DNA of 25,864 nt, from IMG/VR virus record IMGVR_UViG_3300044724_006620, positions 1 through 25,864 of that record. The stretch is one strand, 5' to 3'. The notes under the pieces are model-generated. The model did no database searches. It was not told where the DNA came from and saw nothing but the letters and a program-made list of their open reading frames with translations. The position numbers were made by a program, and so were the translations under genes. Below are positions 22,409-25,864 of this stretch, in pieces; positions within the stretch are counted from its first letter, which is position 1; each line of letters opens with the position of its first letter. The DNA is from a virus. Its lineage: Duplodnaviria; Caudoviricetes.

Positions 22409-23902
22409 TTACTCCTCTCGGAAGTCGTCGGCGGCGTCTGGGTCGCGGATCTCGAGGATCGCGCGCGTCGCCTGCGCCTTGGTGACGCCCGGGTGGAGCT
22501 CCATATATGCGCCGACCGGCGAGAGGAGCCCGGCCTCGAGCATGGCGATTACGTCCTCACGACGCGCGCGGCGCTCCTCCGGCGAGAGGGGGAGCTCGTG
22601 GTAGAGCACGCGGTAGCCGCCCTCGACGTAGCGCCGGCCCTCAGGCGCTCCGGTCGCGCGGTTGAACATCGCCGCGCACATGCCAACCAAGCGCTCGTCT
22701 GAGTCCCGGAAGACGTTTGCGTACTTCCGTTGTGCCTTGCGCTTGCCCTCGTTGGTGAGCGAGATCGCGGCGCCGCTGCGGGCGGTGCCTCCGAGCCGCT
22801 GAATATCGGACGGAGGGACGCCGGCGTCCGAGGCAACGCGGGCTGCCATGTTGGCGAGCGTCTCTTCCATCTTGCCTGGATCGCCGCCGGCGGAGAACTG
22901 CCCGATCATCGGCTGCCCGACGCCCTCGTTGTCCGGGATGCTCTCGAACTGGATCAACGACGCGGGATCGGTCACGACCTCCGCTCGAGCGCCGTCGGTG
23001 GTCTCGACAACCGACACGCCTGCCGGCTGGAGGTTGACGACGTAGCGCTGAGGCCAGCTCGCATCGCGGAACGTGTGCACGACCATCTGATGCAGGACCG
23101 AGAGGTCGAGCGACGCCTCTACAAGCTCCTGCCCGTCGTAGGGGCTGAACAAGTGCTGCCCGCCGCCGGTTGAGTGGTAGAGCGCGAACGGGATGAACGG
23201 GCGACCGCTCGAGCGGCGGAACGGGTACGCGTCGCCCTCGAACCGCCCGCCGAGGTAGTAGTCCGTGACGTCGAGCTTTAGCTTTCCGTTCTCGTCGACC
23301 AGGTGGATCATGTAGACCGGGCGATCGGGATCGCTGACGTCGTAGTGGTCCGCGGTCCAGCCGAGCTCGCGCGGGCCGCCGAGCTCGCGAGGCGGCAGAC
23401 GTCGGAGCCGGTACTCAATGAGCGCGACCGGCTGCCGCGGGTCGTCCATCGTGGCATAGGCCCGGACGAAATCGGGCGTGACCATCCGGAACGAGAACCG
23501 ACCGCGCTCGTCGACGTGAGGACGGACGAAACACTCGTTCAAGCCCAACGTATAGACCTGAACGCGCTGCATCATCTGCCAGAGCCCGGAAACCTCGAGC
23601 TGTCGAGCGATGCCGGGATCTGCGATCTGGTCGTGAAGGATCGTCGGCGTCTGGTCGTAGAGGACCGACAGCTCGGTGCAGATCGACCGGAATGGGTTTA
23701 GCGCCAGGCTCAACGGTCCCCACGCATCGCGCCGAACGGAGCCAAGGTGCTCCTGTAGACGCTGCTCGAGGTCATCGCGCCAGGTGCCCTCGAGCATGCG
23801 ACGACGGCGACGCGTCTCCTCCCACCGGCTCGCCTCGCCGGCGTTCGTCGGCGTCGGCGGGTTCGGGAGGCTCGGGTAGTCGGGAAAGCCGGGCTGATAC
23901 AT
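22409..23902 (-). CDS. Portal protein (497 aa)
   Basis: Directly after the large terminase; size; motifs FIPFALYH and SGAAI, and C-terminal GLLSPV.AYMELHP. Confidence 0.88.
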   Translation of the reverse strand: MYQPGFPDYPSLPNPPTPTNAGEASRWEETRRRRRMLEGTWRDDLEQRLQEHLGSVRRDAWGPLSLALNPFRSICTELSVLYDQTPTILHDQIADPGIARQLEVSGLWQMMQRVQVYTLGLNECFVRPHVDERGRFSFRMVTPDFVRAYATMDDPRQPVALIEYRLRRLPPRELGGPRELGWTADHYDVSDPDRPVYMIHLVDENGKLKLDVTDYYLGGRFEGDAYPFRRSSGRPFIPFALYHSTGGGQHLFSPYDGQELVEASLDLSVLHQMVVHTFRDASWPQRYVVNLQPAGVSVVETTDGARAEVVTDPASLIQFESIPDNEGVGQPMIGQFSAGGDPGKMEETLANMAARVASDAGVPPSDIQRLGGTARSGAAISLTNEGKRKAQRKYANVFRDSDERLVGMCAAMFNRATGAPEGRRYVEGGYRVLYHELPLSPEERRARREDVIAMLEAGLLSPVGAYMELHPGVTKAQATRAILEIRDPDAADDFREE

Positions 23903-23911
23903 GCGCTCGCC

Positions 23912-25327
23912 TCAATACAGATAGAGCCGTCGCTTCGTGCGCGCGCGCCGCGGAGCGAAGATGCTTCGTTGCAGAGCATAGCGCAGCGCATCGATCTTGT
24001 CTTTGTAGTCGTCGTCTCGGTAGTCCCAGCGGAGGAGCGCCTCGATCACGGCCTCGCATCGCGGGTGGACCTGGAAGTGCCCGTCATGAACCATCGCCTG
24101 ATGCAGGTAGCGGCATCCGGCATCTACGGAGCCCTTGCCTCGTCCCTGCCCGCGCTTGACGGTGCGGATCGACGGCGAGAGCGACCGCGACGGGACGCGG
24201 AGGAGCCTCGCGACGGAGTCGATTAGATCGCGGTTTGACTTCTTGTCGGCGATCCCGCGGAGGTAGAGCCGGTCGCCCCAGACCTCGTCGAGCTGTGACC
24301 ACCGGAGCCCGTTGCGCTTGAGCATCTCGAGAATGCCGCGAGCGTCGTCGGTCGTGCTGGTGTTCTCGGCTCCGATGTACTCGTCCCATACGATCACGCG
24401 GTCCTGGTCGCCGCTCTTGTCCACGAGGACCAATACCGCGCACTGTTTGCCTACCTTCGTGCCGTGATCGATGCCGACGCAGACCGTGACCTCGCCCTCC
24501 GGCGGCGTGTCGCTAACCATGGTGGTCTGATCGAATTGCGAGAACACGCGGCCCTCGACGCGCATCTCCCATTCACCGTCGACGACGACCGGGACCTCCT
24601 GCGGGAGTGTGTTGCGCCGGATCTCGTCGATCCACGCCTCATCCATCGGCGTGCCGTCCGGGAGCTCGAGGGGCTCCGAGTCGCCGACCGGGATCAATGC
24701 CTCGGGCTCGAGCCGCCAGTGATGGTCCGCGACCTGCCCGGCCTCGCAGAGCTCGCGGAGCCAGCCACACGGAGCGTTTACCGGCGTGAGGCACATGAGG
24801 AGGACGCCTTGCCTCCTCACCAAGCGCTTTCGGACCTCCTCGAAGATCCGCGGGCTCTTCGGTGGCTCGTCGAACATCGCGAGGTCAATGGTCGCGCCCG
24901 CGAGATCGAGGCTGTTTTGCTGCGTCGTCTTGAACCGGACAACGCTGCCATTCGGATACCGCGCGGTCGGGCGGTTTGCGTGGAATCCGTTTACGGAATC
25001 GAACCGGGTGCCGTCGACGAGGTAGCGTCCGGCGATCGCGTAAAACTTCGCTTGGATCGCGAGCGACTGCGACCAGCTCGCGCAGATGACCCACGCCTCG
25101 ATGGGTGGCTCCCGCGTCTCGTAGTGCGGGTGGACACCGAGGCACCGCCAGTGAACCTCAGCGAGCCCGCTCGTCGTCTTGCCGAGCTGGTTGCCGGTCC
25201 TGAGGAGCTTGACCGGCGACGGGTCTCGGTGAAACTCGTCCTGTGGCGGCAGCCATTGGATCCACCGGAGCGGATCGGCCTCCGCGTCCGCTGCGAGCGC
25301 CCGGACGAGGTCAAGCGCAGCCGTCAT
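23912..25327 (-). CDS. terL: Terminase large subunit (471 aa)
   Basis: Start reassigned to ATG 25327 (ATGA overlap). Q motif PPQ, Walker A GNQLGKT, Walker B AMFDEPP, coupling motif LTP, nuclease motifs GIDHG and DKIDALRY. Confidence 0.95.
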   Translation of the reverse strand: MTAALDLVRALAADAEADPLRWIQWLPPQDEFHRDPSPVKLLRTGNQLGKTTSGLAEVHWRCLGVHPHYETREPPIEAWVICASWSQSLAIQAKFYAIAGRYLVDGTRFDSVNGFHANRPTARYPNGSVVRFKTTQQNSLDLAGATIDLAMFDEPPKSPRIFEEVRKRLVRRQGVLLMCLTPVNAPCGWLRELCEAGQVADHHWRLEPEALIPVGDSEPLELPDGTPMDEAWIDEIRRNTLPQEVPVVVDGEWEMRVEGRVFSQFDQTTMVSDTPPEGEVTVCVGIDHGTKVGKQCAVLVLVDKSGDQDRVIVWDEYIGAENTSTTDDARGILEMLKRNGLRWSQLDEVWGDRLYLRGIADKKSNRDLIDSVARLLRVPSRSLSPSIRTVKRGQGRGKGSVDAGCRYLHQAMVHDGHFQVHPRCEAVIEALLRWDYRDDDYKDKIDALRYALQRSIFAPRRARTKRRLYLY

Positions 25328-25857
25328 CCGAGCGCCTCGAGGAGCTCGCGGCGGAGCTTGCGCGGCATGCCCTTGGTTGCCGACTTGAACTCGCGGACGA
25401 GCGTCTCGGGATCTACCGGTCCCGACTCCGCCTGGTTGTCGAGCTCCGCCCGGTGCGCGTGGAGCTGGTCGAAGATCGTGCTTAAGGTCTTGATCGCTCC
25501 GACCTTGGCCGGTGCGATCGCGCGCGGGTCGACCGCCATGCCTGCCAGGCGCTCGAGCATCCACACGTACCCGTCTTCCCTCGAGGCGTTGCGCCAGTCG
25601 ATCTCATCCGGCATGCCCTCGACGGTCGGAGCCGGTGCGGCGCCCTCGGAGCCCGGGAGGACGTGGAGCTCGGCGCGGCGCTCCTCGCGTTGTGCTCGGC
25701 GGAGCCGCTCTCGGATGACCCGAGCGTCGCGGTTGATGGTCGCTCGTGAGACTGAGAACTCGTCGCAGAGCTGATCCAGCTCCGCGTCTCCGAACTGCCC
25801 GCCTTCGATCGCCTCTTGTACGGCTGCGCGGCGGGTCTCGACGTGGGACAGGCTCAT
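25324..25857 (-). CDS. terS: Probable terminase small subunit (177 aa)
   Basis: N-terminal HTH (LCDEFSVSRATINRD), helical C-terminus, overlaps the terL start. Confidence 0.72.
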   Translation of the reverse strand: MSLSHVETRRAAVQEAIEGGQFGDAELDQLCDEFSVSRATINRDARVIRERLRRAQREERRAELHVLPGSEGAAPAPTVEGMPDEIDWRNASREDGYVWMLERLAGMAVDPRAIAPAKVGAIKTLSTIFDQLHAHRAELDNQAESGPVDPETLVREFKSATKGMPRKLRRELLEALG

Positions 25858-25864
25858 ATTAGGC

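Larger units (their letters stand above)
1..25864. mobile_element. Tailed dsDNA bacteriophage (siphovirus-like) genome segment
   Basis: Canonical order terminase-portal-scaffold-capsid-neck-tail tube-chaperone-tape measure-tail tip-lysis on one strand, with many ATGA/TGATG overlaps. No sheath gene and no host housekeeping genes. Prophage versus free phage cannot be decided. Confidence 0.96.

Noticed and set aside
25328-25564. 79-aa N-terminal extension of the large terminase in the ORF track
   Set aside because: It overlaps the small terminase out of frame and is low-complexity; ATG 25327 gives a standard ATGA coupling.
14392-25774. Long plus-strand ORFs such as 14392-15474, 17787-19178, 18806-19876, 20216-21364 and 24464-25774
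   Set aside because: They are antisense shadows of well-supported structural genes; stop codons are scarce at this GC content and the translations show no motifs.
1-25864. Very frequent TCGA-containing palindromes (CTCGAG, GTCGAC, GAGCTC-adjacent runs)
   Set aside because: Largely explained by preferred CTC/GTC/ATC codons followed by GAG/GAC; I cannot show excess over codon expectation without counting.

Overview
The whole window is a GC-rich tailed dsDNA phage segment with siphovirus-type organisation; no host genes, integrase or replication genes are visible. Positions 5225-25857 form one tightly coupled minus-strand late operon: terminase small/large, portal, an unknown basic protein, scaffold, major capsid, head-tail genes, tail tube, a tail assembly chaperone with a -1 frameshift site, tape measure, tail-tip proteins, two related MARSP-type appendage cassettes, and a holin/amidase/spanin-like lysis cassette. 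Positions 1971-5201 form a plus-strand operon: Zn-finger, hypothetical, RecE-like nuclease, its uncharacterised partner, a tandem wHTH protein and a PAS protein. Positions 1-1710 are leftward small genes (RuvC-like, RHH-like, a 29-aa membrane peptide, a truncated NUMOD4 protein), several missing from the ORF track. The top candidate for a new system is the FixL-like haem-PAS/coiled-coil/2-TM protein with no enzymatic output, encoded tail-to-tail with the lysis cassette; it may couple O2/redox to lysis or membrane state (inference). Also notable: a recurrent (GA)n motif in the RBS position, a multi-stem RNA in the divergent control region, a pseudoknot-like switchable capsid leader, and RBS-sequestering structures. 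All family calls come from motif recognition by eye; no searches were run.
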